A DNA stretch of 64,000 bases, taken from positions 1-64,000 of the forward strand of contig CAVYBU010000021.1 in assembly GCA_963766735.1 (NCBI GenBank), in the 5' to 3' direction. Within the stretch, counting starts at the first letter, position 1, and every line of letters starts with the position of its first letter. This DNA comes from an uncultured Chloroflexia bacterium. Its GTDB lineage: Bacteria; Chloroflexota; Limnocylindria; Limnocylindrales; CSP1-4. Both the position numbers and the translations under genes were made by a program. Positions 12,331-20,940 of this stretch are shown here, in pieces. Under the pieces are notes generated by a model that saw only the letters and a program-made list of their open reading frames with translations, made no database searches and was not told the origin of the DNA.

Positions 12331-13176
12331 ATGGTGCGCGAGCGACCGGAGGACTGGGCGGCCTGGATGGCGCCGGGCGTGTCGGCGCGCGAGATGCAGC
12401 CCCCGCTCGAGCCTGGGCCACCCAGCCAGCGGAGCCTCGACCCGGAGCCGGCGCCCGAGCCCGCGGCGGCGCCCGACCCCGCGTTGGAGGCTGAGGAGCT
12501 CGTGGCGGAGCCCGACCCTGCGGGGGCGCCCGAGGAGCCTGCGACCGGGGCTCGGTCCGCGCGCCGCGAGGCCACCCGCCAGCGCGTCCTGGACGCCGCC
12601 CGGGAGGTGTTCGCGGAGCGTGGCGTGATCGGTGGAACCGTGGAGGACATCTGCGAGCGGGCGGGGTTCACGCGCGGAGCGTTCTACTCCAACTTCGCCG
12701 ACAAGGAGGACGTGCTCGAGGCGCTGGTCGCGCGCGAACACGCGCGGCTGCTGGAGCACCTGGATGCGAGCCTCGCGCTTGTCGACCAGGAGCTGGCGGC
12801 CGCCCCGGACCTCGCAACCGCGATTGCATCGATCGTCGACCGGATCCTCGGTTCCGTGCCGGTTGACCGCCAGCTCTCGCTGGTGCAGACGGAGATCGAG
12901 ATCCACGCCATCCGGAGGCCGGAGCTGGCGAGCCCGTTCCTCGAGGCGACGAGCCGGTTCCACGGCCGGATCGCGGTCTTCCTCGAGGCCGCCCTGGCCC
13001 GGAACGGCCTCGAGCTGGTGGTGGACCCCGTGGACGTGGTCGACGCGTCGGTCGCCGTCGTGGAGCGGAGCGTGCGACGGGCGCTGCTGGCGGGTGGCGG
13101 CGCCGACCCAGACGCGATGGCAAGGGCCGTGCTGCCCGCGATGCTCCTGGCCCTGGCGCGGCCCGTCGACCGCTGA
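12331..13176 (+). CDS. TetR/AcrR family transcriptional regulator
   Basis: HTH TVEDICERAGFTRGAFYSNF; GAGGAGG RBS; Pro/Ala-rich N-terminal extension. Confidence 0.92.
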   Translation: MVRERPEDWAAWMAPGVSAREMQPPLEPGPPSQRSLDPEPAPEPAAAPDPALEAEELVAEPDPAGAPEEPATGARSARREATRQRVLDAAREVFAERGVIGGTVEDICERAGFTRGAFYSNFADKEDVLEALVAREHARLLEHLDASLALVDQELAAAPDLATAIASIVDRILGSVPVDRQLSLVQTEIEIHAIRRPELASPFLEATSRFHGRIAVFLEAALARNGLELVVDPVDVVDASVAVVERSVRRALLAGGGADPDAMARAVLPAMLLALARPVDR

Positions 13177-13185
13177 GCCGGGGGC

Positions 13186-13650
13186 TCACACGGCGTCGGC
13201 CGCGGCCTCCAGCGCTGCGATCTCGATCCGCGACATCGCCAGCATCGCGTCCCTGGCGCGCGTCGCCCGACCGGGATCCGGGTCCGCGAGCAGCTCCATC
13301 AACCGCCCCGGGACGATCTGCCACGAGAGGCCGAACCGGTCCTTCAGCCAGCCGCACTGGCTCGGCTCGCCCCCGTCGGTCAGGCCATCCCACAGGCGGT
13401 CAACCTCGGCCTGGCCGTCCACGCTGACGAACATCGAGAGCGCCTCGGTGAAGGCGAAGACGGGCCCGCCGTTGATGGCGAGCAGGTCCTGCCCGTGGAT
13501 CCGGAACCGCGCCGAGAACAGGGGATCCGTTGCGGCAGGGCCGGTCCGGGACAGGTCCATCACCATCATGTCCTCGAAGACGGTGGCGTAGAAGGCCAGG
13601 GCCTCCTCGAGGTTGTCGTCGAACCAGAGGAACGGGGTGATCGTGGTCAT
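13186..13650 (-). CDS. VOC family protein (PhnB/3-demethylubiquinone methyltransferase-like)
   Basis: ITPFLWFD, NGGP and QCGWLKDRFGLSWQIVP. Confidence 0.92.
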   Translation of the reverse strand: MTTITPFLWFDDNLEEALAFYATVFEDMMVMDLSRTGPAATDPLFSARFRIHGQDLLAINGGPVFAFTEALSMFVSVDGQAEVDRLWDGLTDGGEPSQCGWLKDRFGLSWQIVPGRLMELLADPDPGRATRARDAMLAMSRIEIAALEAAADAV

Positions 13651-13777
13651 GGGACGCCTTCTGCTCAGGACGATGGCGGTTCGCGGATTCACCGCGCCAC
13701 CGGATCCTGAAGGCTACCGCGGGCGGTGCGGTGTTGCTCTCGGCCGACAACGCGCGGCAGCGCCGTCACGAGGGGGG

Positions 13778-13823
13778 TTGACATGCGGCGTGATCGTCAT
13801 ATAGTACGTCGCACGATATATCG
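13778..13823 (+). promoter_or_regulatory. Sigma70-type promoter with a downstream palindrome (possible PadR operator)
   Basis: TTGACA 13778-83, 16-nt spacer, TATAGT 13800-05; CGATATATCG 13814-23. Confidence 0.65.
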
Positions 13824-13845
13824 ATAGCCGTAATAGAGGAGGAAC

Positions 13846-14170
13846 ATGGAGCCACGCATCCCGGAGCTCGGCCGCTTCGCCGAGCCAGCACTGCTCATCC
13901 TCGTCAGCCTCAGCGATGGCCCGAAGCACGGCTACGCGATCATGGCCGACGTCGAGGCCGGCACCGGCCGCCCGCTTGGTCCGGGAACCCTGTACGCGGC
14001 GCTCGCCCGCCTCGAGGAGCGCGGTCTCATCGAGGCCCTCGCGCCCATCGACCGCCGCCGGCCCGTACCGGCTGACCGCGGTGGGCGCCACGATCCTCGC
14101 CGAGCAGCTCCGCGATCTCTCCGAGTTCGCTGACCTCGGCCTTCGCCGGCTCGGCCGGACGTCCGGCTAG
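13846..14170 (+). CDS. PadR family transcriptional regulator (+1 frameshift at ~14063)
   Basis: LILVSLSDGPKHGYAI, GPGTLYAALARLEERGLI; continues YRLTAVG in the shifted frame; GAGGAGG RBS. Confidence 0.87.
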
Positions 14171-14176
14171 CCGACG

Positions 14177-14983
14177 ATGCGTCCCATGATCACCCTGCTC
14201 ATTCGCCTCTACCCGGCGCGATGGCGCGCCCGCTACGGCGGCGAGTTCGCCTCGGTCCTCGAGGAGCGAACGCTCGGCCCGTTCGACGTGGCCGACGTCC
14301 TCCTCGGCGCGCTGGATGCCCATCTCCATCTCCGCGGCCTCGGCGCCGCGTCCCAACACGCAAAGGGGTTCGCCATGTCACTCCGCATCGGGGGGTATGC
14401 CGCCATGATCAGCGGCCTCCTCTGGCTGTACGCCCTCGCCGGGAATGCCATCAATGACGGCGCCGGATCGGGGGCGCCCTTCATCGGCCTCGTCCTCGTC
14501 GTCGCCACCGTCACGACACTCGTCGCACTCGTCGGCCTCAGCGCGTTCCAGTCGCGTCGCCATCCCGTGCTGACCTGGACCGCATTCGCCGTGCCGGCCA
14601 TCGGGGCGATCGTCGCGTTGCTGGGGGTGGTCGCGCTGACCGTCGCCGGCGACAGCGATGCCGCGATCATCGGTGGCCTTAGCCCGTGGGCGATCTCGAC
14701 CATCGGCCTGCTCACGCTTCTCGTGGGCTCGGCGCTCTTCGCGCTGGCGACCTGGCGCACGCGGGGCCTGTCGCGTGGAGCGGCGGCGCTGCTGGGCATC
14801 GGCGCGCTCCTGATCTTCCCCGTGCTGATGGGCGTGACGGGCGGCCTCGTCCCCGAGGCGCTCGTCGGGCCCGTCATGCTCACGGCGATCCTGGCGTATC
14901 CAGCGGGCTGGATGGCTCTCGGCATCAGCGCCCTCCGGGTCGGCCCCGCCACATTCACCTCACTCGAAGGAGCGTCCCTGTGA
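14177..14983 (+). CDS. PadR-associated multi-pass membrane protein
   Basis: N-terminal LLIRLYPARWRARYGGEF motif typical of PadR-linked membrane proteins; about six TM segments. Confidence 0.75.
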   Translation: MRPMITLLIRLYPARWRARYGGEFASVLEERTLGPFDVADVLLGALDAHLHLRGLGAASQHAKGFAMSLRIGGYAAMISGLLWLYALAGNAINDGAGSGAPFIGLVLVVATVTTLVALVGLSAFQSRRHPVLTWTAFAVPAIGAIVALLGVVALTVAGDSDAAIIGGLSPWAISTIGLLTLLVGSALFALATWRTRGLSRGAAALLGIGALLIFPVLMGVTGGLVPEALVGPVMLTAILAYPAGWMALGISALRVGPATFTSLEGASL

Positions 14984-15303
14984 CTCGCCTCGTCCGTCCC
15001 GTGCTCGCCGCGGTCATCCTGCTCGCGCTGGCCGTCACGCCGGTGCTCGCCAGCCACTCCCACGTCAAGCTGCTTGGCAACGGCCGGTGCGTCGTGCTGG
15101 CCGAGGGCGCCGGAGAGGACGAGGTCGTCCTGCCGCTCGCCGTCTTCGCGCACAACCCGAACGTTGACGTTCCCGCGACGGGTGCCGCGCATCCGCTCCA
15201 CGTGCTCGTCCACAAGGGCGTGCCGGGCGACAGAGGCACATACGCCGTCTATGGCTCTGTGGCGGGAAACCTCATGTGCATCGCAGGCTACGTGAACGAC
15301 TGA
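14980..15303 (+). CDS. Small secreted His-rich hypothetical protein
   Basis: GAAGGAG RBS; GTG overlapping the upstream stop; signal peptide ending VLA; HSH and HPLHVLVH; two Cys. Confidence 0.7.
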   Translation: MTRLVRPVLAAVILLALAVTPVLASHSHVKLLGNGRCVVLAEGAGEDEVVLPLAVFAHNPNVDVPATGAAHPLHVLVHKGVPGDRGTYAVYGSVAGNLMCIAGYVND

Positions 15304-15393
15304 CACCTCAAGACCCGACGGCGCGGCGGGTGACGCTTCACCCGCCCGCCTCCGCGGTTCCACCGCACCAGACCGATCCCGGAGGGTCCAACC

Positions 15394-16011
15394 ATGACCG
15401 CGTCCCATTCCGCCGGGCCTCCCGGCGCCACCCGCGCCCTCGGGGTCGTTGGCATCCTCGGCGGGCTCGGCCTGCTGGCCGCGTTCGTGATCGACATCCC
15501 GGCCGCAGCAAACACCGTCCGCCTCGTCCTGTTCTGTGTGGGCGCGATCGCGGTTGGCGCTGCCCTCTTCGGACCCCACACCGCCGTGTCGCGGCGGCTC
15601 GCGCTGTTGGCGACCATCCCGCTCATCGTGGCCAACGTCCTGTACATCGCCTGGATCCTGCTCGCCCTCGGGCAGGAGCGGCCCTTCGCAGGGGACTTCG
15701 GCCTCATCGGCTTCTGGTCGGGGCTCGCGTTCTGGCTCGCCGACGCCTGGTTCGGGATCGTCGCGTTTCGGCTGCGCGTCGTGCGACCGTGGGCCTCGCT
15801 CATCCTCGTCGTCGGCTCGCTGCTGGCGATCACCGGCATGGACCGCCTCGAGCTCACGTCGCAGGCCAACCCGACCATCTTCATGAACGTCGGGTTGACG
15901 GGCGTCGCGCTCACCGGGGTCGCATGGGTCCTGCTGGGGCTCGACGTGGCCATCGCGCTTCCGCGCGCCGGCTTGCGCCGCGGCCAAGGCGTCCCCGAAC
16001 GCGCCGGATAG
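15394..16011 (+). CDS. Hypothetical multi-pass membrane protein
   Basis: GGAGG RBS; about six hydrophobic segments. Confidence 0.75.
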   Translation: MTASHSAGPPGATRALGVVGILGGLGLLAAFVIDIPAAANTVRLVLFCVGAIAVGAALFGPHTAVSRRLALLATIPLIVANVLYIAWILLALGQERPFAGDFGLIGFWSGLAFWLADAWFGIVAFRLRVVRPWASLILVVGSLLAITGMDRLELTSQANPTIFMNVGLTGVALTGVAWVLLGLDVAIALPRAGLRRGQGVPERAG

Positions 16012-16049
16012 CCTCCGGGCCCGGGCAGCGGCTCGACCTACGGCTGGGT

Positions 16050-16739
16050 CTACGCCTCGAGGATCTCCCAGCCTCGGGCGACGGCCTCGCGGCGCAGCGC
16101 TGCATCCGGCGCGACCGCCACGGCCCGCGTGGCCATCCGCAACAGGGGGAGGTCGGCGGCCGTGTCCCCGAACGCCGCGACAATCTCATCCCCGCCCGCC
16201 AGCGCGCGAACCGCGGCCGCCTTGGCCTCGCCACTCTGCGTGGGTGCGGCGATGGCGCCGGTCGCCAGCCCGTCGCGCAGCTCGAGTGGCGTGCCGAGCG
16301 CGGCGTCAGCCCCGATCCGCCTCGCAAAGGCGTTGCCGACCTCCTGGTAGGCACCGGTGGCCAGGAGCAGTCGGGCGCCGGGGTCGGCGCGGCGTGCCGC
16401 TTCGGCGGCCGCCCGAACCGCGTCGATGGCCGCCGCTCGCCTGGTCGGCCAGAGGTACGACGCCACGACCCACTCGCCCATCGCCGTCAGCCGTTCCGTT
16501 GGGAGGCCGCGCAGCAGGCCTGCCTCCTCTGCGATCCAGCGCGCTCGGAACGTCTCCTTGTCGTAGAGCCCCGCCTTCGCCAGCACCACGGAGGGGATCC
16601 GCACGGTGACGAACCGCCGCGCGGCGGCGGAGGGGTGGTTGTCGCGGACCCAGGCGAGGACGCCGCGCCACGTCTCCACCGTGGTGAGGGTGCCGTCCAT
16701 GTCGCTGACGACGACGCCTGACGTCATGCGCGGATCCAC
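16050..16739 (-). CDS. HAD-IB family phosphatase (SerB-like)
   Basis: DMDGT motif I, LATG motif II, GEAK and GDTAAD motif IV. Confidence 0.88.
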   Translation of the reverse strand: MDPRMTSGVVVSDMDGTLTTVETWRGVLAWVRDNHPSAAARRFVTVRIPSVVLAKAGLYDKETFRARWIAEEAGLLRGLPTERLTAMGEWVVASYLWPTRRAAAIDAVRAAAEAARRADPGARLLLATGAYQEVGNAFARRIGADAALGTPLELRDGLATGAIAAPTQSGEAKAAAVRALAGGDEIVAAFGDTAADLPLLRMATRAVAVAPDAALRREAVARGWEILEA

Positions 16740-16742
16740 CTC

Positions 16743-17345
16743 CTACCCCGAGAAGCGCTCCTCGCGCCACGGATCCGCCTCGTTGTGGTAGCCGTAGCGC
16801 TCCCAGAAGCCCGGCGAGTCCGCGGTGAGGAACTCCAGGCCGCGGATCCACTTCGGTCCCTTCCAGAAGTACTTCTTGGGGACGATGAGCCGGAGCGGGT
16901 AGCCGTGGTCGGGCTCGAGCGGGGCACCGTCGTACGTGTCCGCCAGGATCACGTCATCGTCATCGAGCACGTCCAGCGGCAGGTTGGCCGTGTAGCCCTG
17001 CTCGGCGTGTCCGAGGACGAACGCGGCCGCGGGCCTGACGTGGGCCATCTCCAGGATCGTCCGGATGGCGACACCCTCCCAGTGCGTGTCCAGCTTCGAC
17101 CAGCGGGTGACGCAGTGGATATCCGCGGTGAGATTGGTGCGCGGCAGGGTCCCGAACTCGGCCCAGGTCAGCCGGAACGGGCTGTCGACCTCGCCCCAGA
17201 CCCGGAAGTCCCACGTCGCCAGGTCCACCTTCGGCACGCTGCCGTAGTGGAGCACCGGGAACTTGGCGGTGAGGTGCTGGCCGGGCGGGACGCGGCCGGC
17301 CAGGGCGGGATCGACGGGGCGATTCCCAAGGAGGCGTTCGATCAT
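16743..17345 (-). CDS. Sulfite oxidase-like molybdopterin-binding oxidoreductase
   Basis: RVPPGQ, DIHCVTRWS, HGYPLRL, YFWKGPKW and GFWERYGYH. Confidence 0.92.
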   Translation of the reverse strand: MIERLLGNRPVDPALAGRVPPGQHLTAKFPVLHYGSVPKVDLATWDFRVWGEVDSPFRLTWAEFGTLPRTNLTADIHCVTRWSKLDTHWEGVAIRTILEMAHVRPAAAFVLGHAEQGYTANLPLDVLDDDDVILADTYDGAPLEPDHGYPLRLIVPKKYFWKGPKWIRGLEFLTADSPGFWERYGYHNEADPWREERFSG

Positions 17346-17440
17346 CGGCTTCTCCTGCGCGTGACGTGGCGCGGCCGACAGCATCGCCTGAATCGCCCCG
17401 GGCTGCACGCGGGCCCGGACCCGCGTACCTTGTGTTCGTC

Positions 17441-18214
17441 ATGCCCACCCCGGATCCTCGCGTCGTCATCGTCATGCCCGCGTACAACGCGGCCAGGACC
17501 CTCGAGCGCACGTACGCGGACATCCCGCACGACCTGGTGGATCACGTCATCCTCGTGGACGACGTCTCGAATGACGAGACCGTGGAGATTGCGAAGAGGC
17601 TGGGCCTCGAGGTGATCGTCCACCGCCAGAACCTGGGCTATGGCGGCAACCAGAAGACCTGCTACGACCGGGCGCTCGAGTGGGGCGCCGACGTGGTGGT
17701 CATGCTCCACCCTGACTACCAGTACGACGCCACCCGCATCCCGGCGCTGGTCGCCCCCATCCTCGCCGGCGAGCGGGACCTGATGCTGGGCAGCCGGTTC
17801 CTCGGCGATCCGCTGGCGGGCGGCATGCCCAGGTGGAAGTACATCTCCAACCGTTTCCTGACCGGCCTGGAGAACGCCGCCTTCGGCCTCCACCTCTCCG
17901 AGTACCACACTGGCCTCCGCGCCTACAGCCGGCGACTCCTGGAGACCATCCCGTACCGGCTGAACTCGGACGACTTCGTGTTCGACCAGGAGCTGATCGC
18001 CCAGGTGGTGGCGGCACGCGGGCTGCCGGTGGGCGAGATTGCCGTGCCCACGCGGTACTTCCAGGAGGCCAGCTCGGTCGGGTTCCGGCGGAGCGTCGTC
18101 TACGGCCTGTCCACGCTGCGGGTCGTGGGCCGGTACCTCCTGCACCGGAAGGGCATCCGCCGGTCGGGCAAGCTGCGGGCGCGCCCGTCCACGCGCGACC
18201 AAGCCCAGACCTGA
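17441..18214 (+). CDS. Glycosyltransferase family 2 (DPM1-like)
   Basis: VMPAYNA, LVDDVSND, NLGYGGNQK and HPDYQY. Confidence 0.92.
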   Translation: MPTPDPRVVIVMPAYNAARTLERTYADIPHDLVDHVILVDDVSNDETVEIAKRLGLEVIVHRQNLGYGGNQKTCYDRALEWGADVVVMLHPDYQYDATRIPALVAPILAGERDLMLGSRFLGDPLAGGMPRWKYISNRFLTGLENAAFGLHLSEYHTGLRAYSRRLLETIPYRLNSDDFVFDQELIAQVVAARGLPVGEIAVPTRYFQEASSVGFRRSVVYGLSTLRVVGRYLLHRKGIRRSGKLRARPSTRDQAQT

Positions 18215-18215
18215 C

Positions 18216-19244
18216 ATGCGCCTCCGCGGGGGAATCGGGCGGGCGACGCTGGGGATCTCGGTCTCGGTCGTCGCGCTGGCGCTGGTCTTCCGGTCGGTGG
18301 ACCTTGGCGCCGCCCTGGAGGCGCTCAAGGGCGCCGACCCGCGCTGGATTGCGCTCCTGGTCGCCTTCCTCTGCGGGGACATCCTGCTCCGTGCGATCCG
18401 CTGGCGCGTGCTGCTGCGGCCGGTCGCCAAGGTGCCGTTGCGGGACGCCACCGGCTCGCTCCTGGTGGGGTACCTCGCGAACAACGTCCTCCCGGCACGC
18501 CTGGGCGAGATCGTCCGCAGCCATGACCTCGGGAGCAGGACGGGGCTCAGCGGCTCCATGATCCTCGGGACGATCGTCGTGGAGCGCGTCGTGGACACGC
18601 TTGTCGTGGTGGCGATCGCGGCGGTCGCCATCCTCGTCCTGTCCGTTCGCGGGGTGGTGGCCTCGGCGGTGCTCGTGGGGGTCGCCGTCACCGGCCTGCT
18701 GGTCGTGGCGATCGCGGTTGGGATCCTTGCCCACCGGCTGCCCGGCGCGGAGCGTGTCACGGCGGTCATCGCCCGGCGGCCACGGATCCACGGCATGCTC
18801 GTGCGTCTGCGTGTCGGCCTCTCCATCGCCGGCCACCCGCGCACGATGGTCGCGGCCGTCGTCCTGAGCGTCATGGCCTGGTCCTTCACGGTGCTGGCGT
18901 TCGCGGCCGCGGCGCAGGCCGTGGGAATCGAGCCGACGATCGGCCAGGCTGCGCTCCTGGCGGCAGGCACGGCCCTCGCGACCGCCATCCCCGCGGCGCC
19001 GGGCTACGTCGGCACGTACGAGCTGGCGGCGGTCACGATCGCGGCGTCCGTCGGGATCCCGCGGGAGTCGGCTCTCGCGTTCGCGGTGCTCATGCACGTG
19101 ACCACGTTGCTGATCACGTCCGCCGGTGGTGCCGTGGCGCTGGTTGCGGGCGGCCGGCGACGCCGCGCCATCGCCGTCCCCGAAGGCGTCCCGGGGGTCG
19201 ACGCTTCCCCGGGGGTTGAGGTGGCACCGGAGATCGAGGCGTGA
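18216..19244 (+). CDS. Lysylphosphatidylglycerol synthase TM-domain (flippase-like) protein
   Basis: RAIRWRVLL, GYLANNVLPARLGE, VERVVD and PAAPGYVGTYE. Confidence 0.88.
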   Translation: MRLRGGIGRATLGISVSVVALALVFRSVDLGAALEALKGADPRWIALLVAFLCGDILLRAIRWRVLLRPVAKVPLRDATGSLLVGYLANNVLPARLGEIVRSHDLGSRTGLSGSMILGTIVVERVVDTLVVVAIAAVAILVLSVRGVVASAVLVGVAVTGLLVVAIAVGILAHRLPGAERVTAVIARRPRIHGMLVRLRVGLSIAGHPRTMVAAVVLSVMAWSFTVLAFAAAAQAVGIEPTIGQAALLAAGTALATAIPAAPGYVGTYELAAVTIAASVGIPRESALAFAVLMHVTTLLITSAGGAVALVAGGRRRRAIAVPEGVPGVDASPGVEVAPEIEA

Positions 19245-19963
19245 TCGCGCGCGCGCCGCGTCCGTGGCCCGGTGCCCTGGACTGGGGCGGCGACTGGCTG
19301 GCCGACGCCGCCGGCGAGCTGGCGCACCTCGGGTTCGTGCTGCGCGACGGGCTCCTCCTCGGGACGACACCCGGACCGCGCCTGCTGGTGGCGCTCCGGG
19401 ACCAGCCAACCCTGGAGCACTTCGACCCCGAGGAGGTGACCTTCTGGGAGGCCCGCGACGGCCGGGGCCGTGGGGCGTTCATCGACCGCGAGACACCGCT
19501 GCCGCTGACGCGGCCATTCGCCTGGGGCCGGATCGAGGTCACCGACCGGATCCCGGAGTCCAACCAGTTCCTGAGCTTCGGCGGCACGCTCCTCGCGGAG
19601 GCGCGTGACGAGCGCGAGACGCTGCTGGCGTTCACTTCCCGAGCACCAATCGTCCGGTGGGCCGGCCACTCCCAGGGCGTGGACCCGCTGGCCGACGAGA
19701 TCGGGTCGTTCTTCGCGCGGCTGATGGTGCCCATCGACTTCCAGGACGGGGCAGAGTCCCGGATCGCCGCCACCGATCCCGAGGCGTTCTACGCGGCCTT
19801 CCTGGCCCACTCCGCGGCGCGCTTCCATCGAGGCGGGCTGCTCCGCGAGACGTTCCCGGCCCTCGCCGGGTTCGTGGACCACGAGAGGCGCCGCCTGTCC
19901 CACGACAGTCCAGTGCACTGGCGCGAGGCCGAGGATCTCCTGGGCTGGCTGGAGCTGGGTTAG
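19241..19963 (+). CDS. Hypothetical protein
   Basis: GTGA overlap with the upstream gene; globular protein-like composition. Confidence 0.75.
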   Translation: MIARAPRPWPGALDWGGDWLADAAGELAHLGFVLRDGLLLGTTPGPRLLVALRDQPTLEHFDPEEVTFWEARDGRGRGAFIDRETPLPLTRPFAWGRIEVTDRIPESNQFLSFGGTLLAEARDERETLLAFTSRAPIVRWAGHSQGVDPLADEIGSFFARLMVPIDFQDGAESRIAATDPEAFYAAFLAHSAARFHRGGLLRETFPALAGFVDHERRRLSHDSPVHWREAEDLLGWLELG

Positions 19964-19985
19964 GGACCCGGGATCTGACGGCTAC

Positions 19986-20264
19986 TCAGGCGTTGTCGAG
20001 CTCGCGCGATATCGCCCGCATGATGAACCGCGCCGCCTCCGCGCTCTTGCCCCCGAGCGTGTCGCTGTCGCCGGCGTCCAGCGCCACCGCCAGGTCCGCG
20101 AGCATCGCTCCGAGGATAGGCGTTCTGGGCAGCGTCCCAGCGTCGAAGGCCGCCTCGAGGCCCACCACCGCCGCCCGTGCGTTGTCCACGGCGTGACCCG
20201 TGGCGGCGGCCCGCTCCCGGAACGCTGCCCGTGCCTCCTCCGCCGCGTCGCCCTCGGTCGCCAT
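19986..20264 (-). CDS. Small helical hypothetical protein
   Basis: ATG 2 nt after the GNAT stop; amphipathic helical composition. Confidence 0.7.
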   Translation of the reverse strand: MATEGDAAEEARAAFRERAAATGHAVDNARAAVVGLEAAFDAGTLPRTPILGAMLADLAVALDAGDSDTLGGKSAEAARFIMRAISRELDNA

Positions 20265-20266
20265 CG

Positions 20267-20914
20267 TCAACTGCGTCCCCGCCCGATCGGCGCCGAGCCT
20301 TCGTCTGCCGCCGTCCCGACCCCGGCCCGCCCATCGGCCACCGCCCGCGCCTGCCAGCGCGATGCCCGCCAGTCCGACTCGAGGACACTCATATGCAGCT
20401 CGTCCCACCAGCGTCCATCGCGCCAGATCGCCTCCCGGGCGCTGCCCTCGATCACGAACCCCACCCGCTGGTAGGCCCGGATCGCGCGCTGGTTGAACGC
20501 GAACACCGTCAGCGCAACGCGGTGGAGGCCCATCGACCCCAGGGCGTGGTCCACCATCAGACGCGTCGCCTCGCTGCCGTACCCGTGCCCCCAGGCGTCC
20601 TTCTCGCCGATGGTGATGTGGAACAGCGTGGACCCGTTGTCGCCGTCAACCTGCGAGAAGGCACACGACCCGATGAGGCGGTTGTCGGCGCGGACGTGGA
20701 TCCCCATGGCCAGCGACTCCGGCCCGAGCGCGCGCATCGTGAAGAACCGCTCGATCTCATCAGGGCGCATCGGTGCGTCCTGGTACCGCGTCAGCCGAGC
20801 GACCTCGGGATCCTGGTACCAGCGGAGGAAGTCGCGCAGATTCTCACGGGTATGCCGGCGGAGAACCACCAGCCCGCCGTCGAGGTGATCCGGGAACCAG
20901 CGCCGATGGAGCAT
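20267..20914 (-). CDS. GNAT acetyltransferase, RimJ/RimL type
   Basis: IGEKDAWGHGYGSEA and FNQRAIRAYQRVGFVIEG. Confidence 0.92.
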   Translation of the reverse strand: MLHRRWFPDHLDGGLVVLRRHTRENLRDFLRWYQDPEVARLTRYQDAPMRPDEIERFFTMRALGPESLAMGIHVRADNRLIGSCAFSQVDGDNGSTLFHITIGEKDAWGHGYGSEATRLMVDHALGSMGLHRVALTVFAFNQRAIRAYQRVGFVIEGSAREAIWRDGRWWDELHMSVLESDWRASRWQARAVADGRAGVGTAADEGSAPIGRGRS

Positions 20915-20940
20915 CGCGGGAACCCTATACCATCGCTCCC
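20915..20940. promoter_or_regulatory. Back-to-back divergent -10 boxes (bidirectional leaderless promoter)
   Basis: Minus TAGGGT (20927-22) and plus TACCAT (20928-33), each 7 nt from its start codon. Confidence 0.65.
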
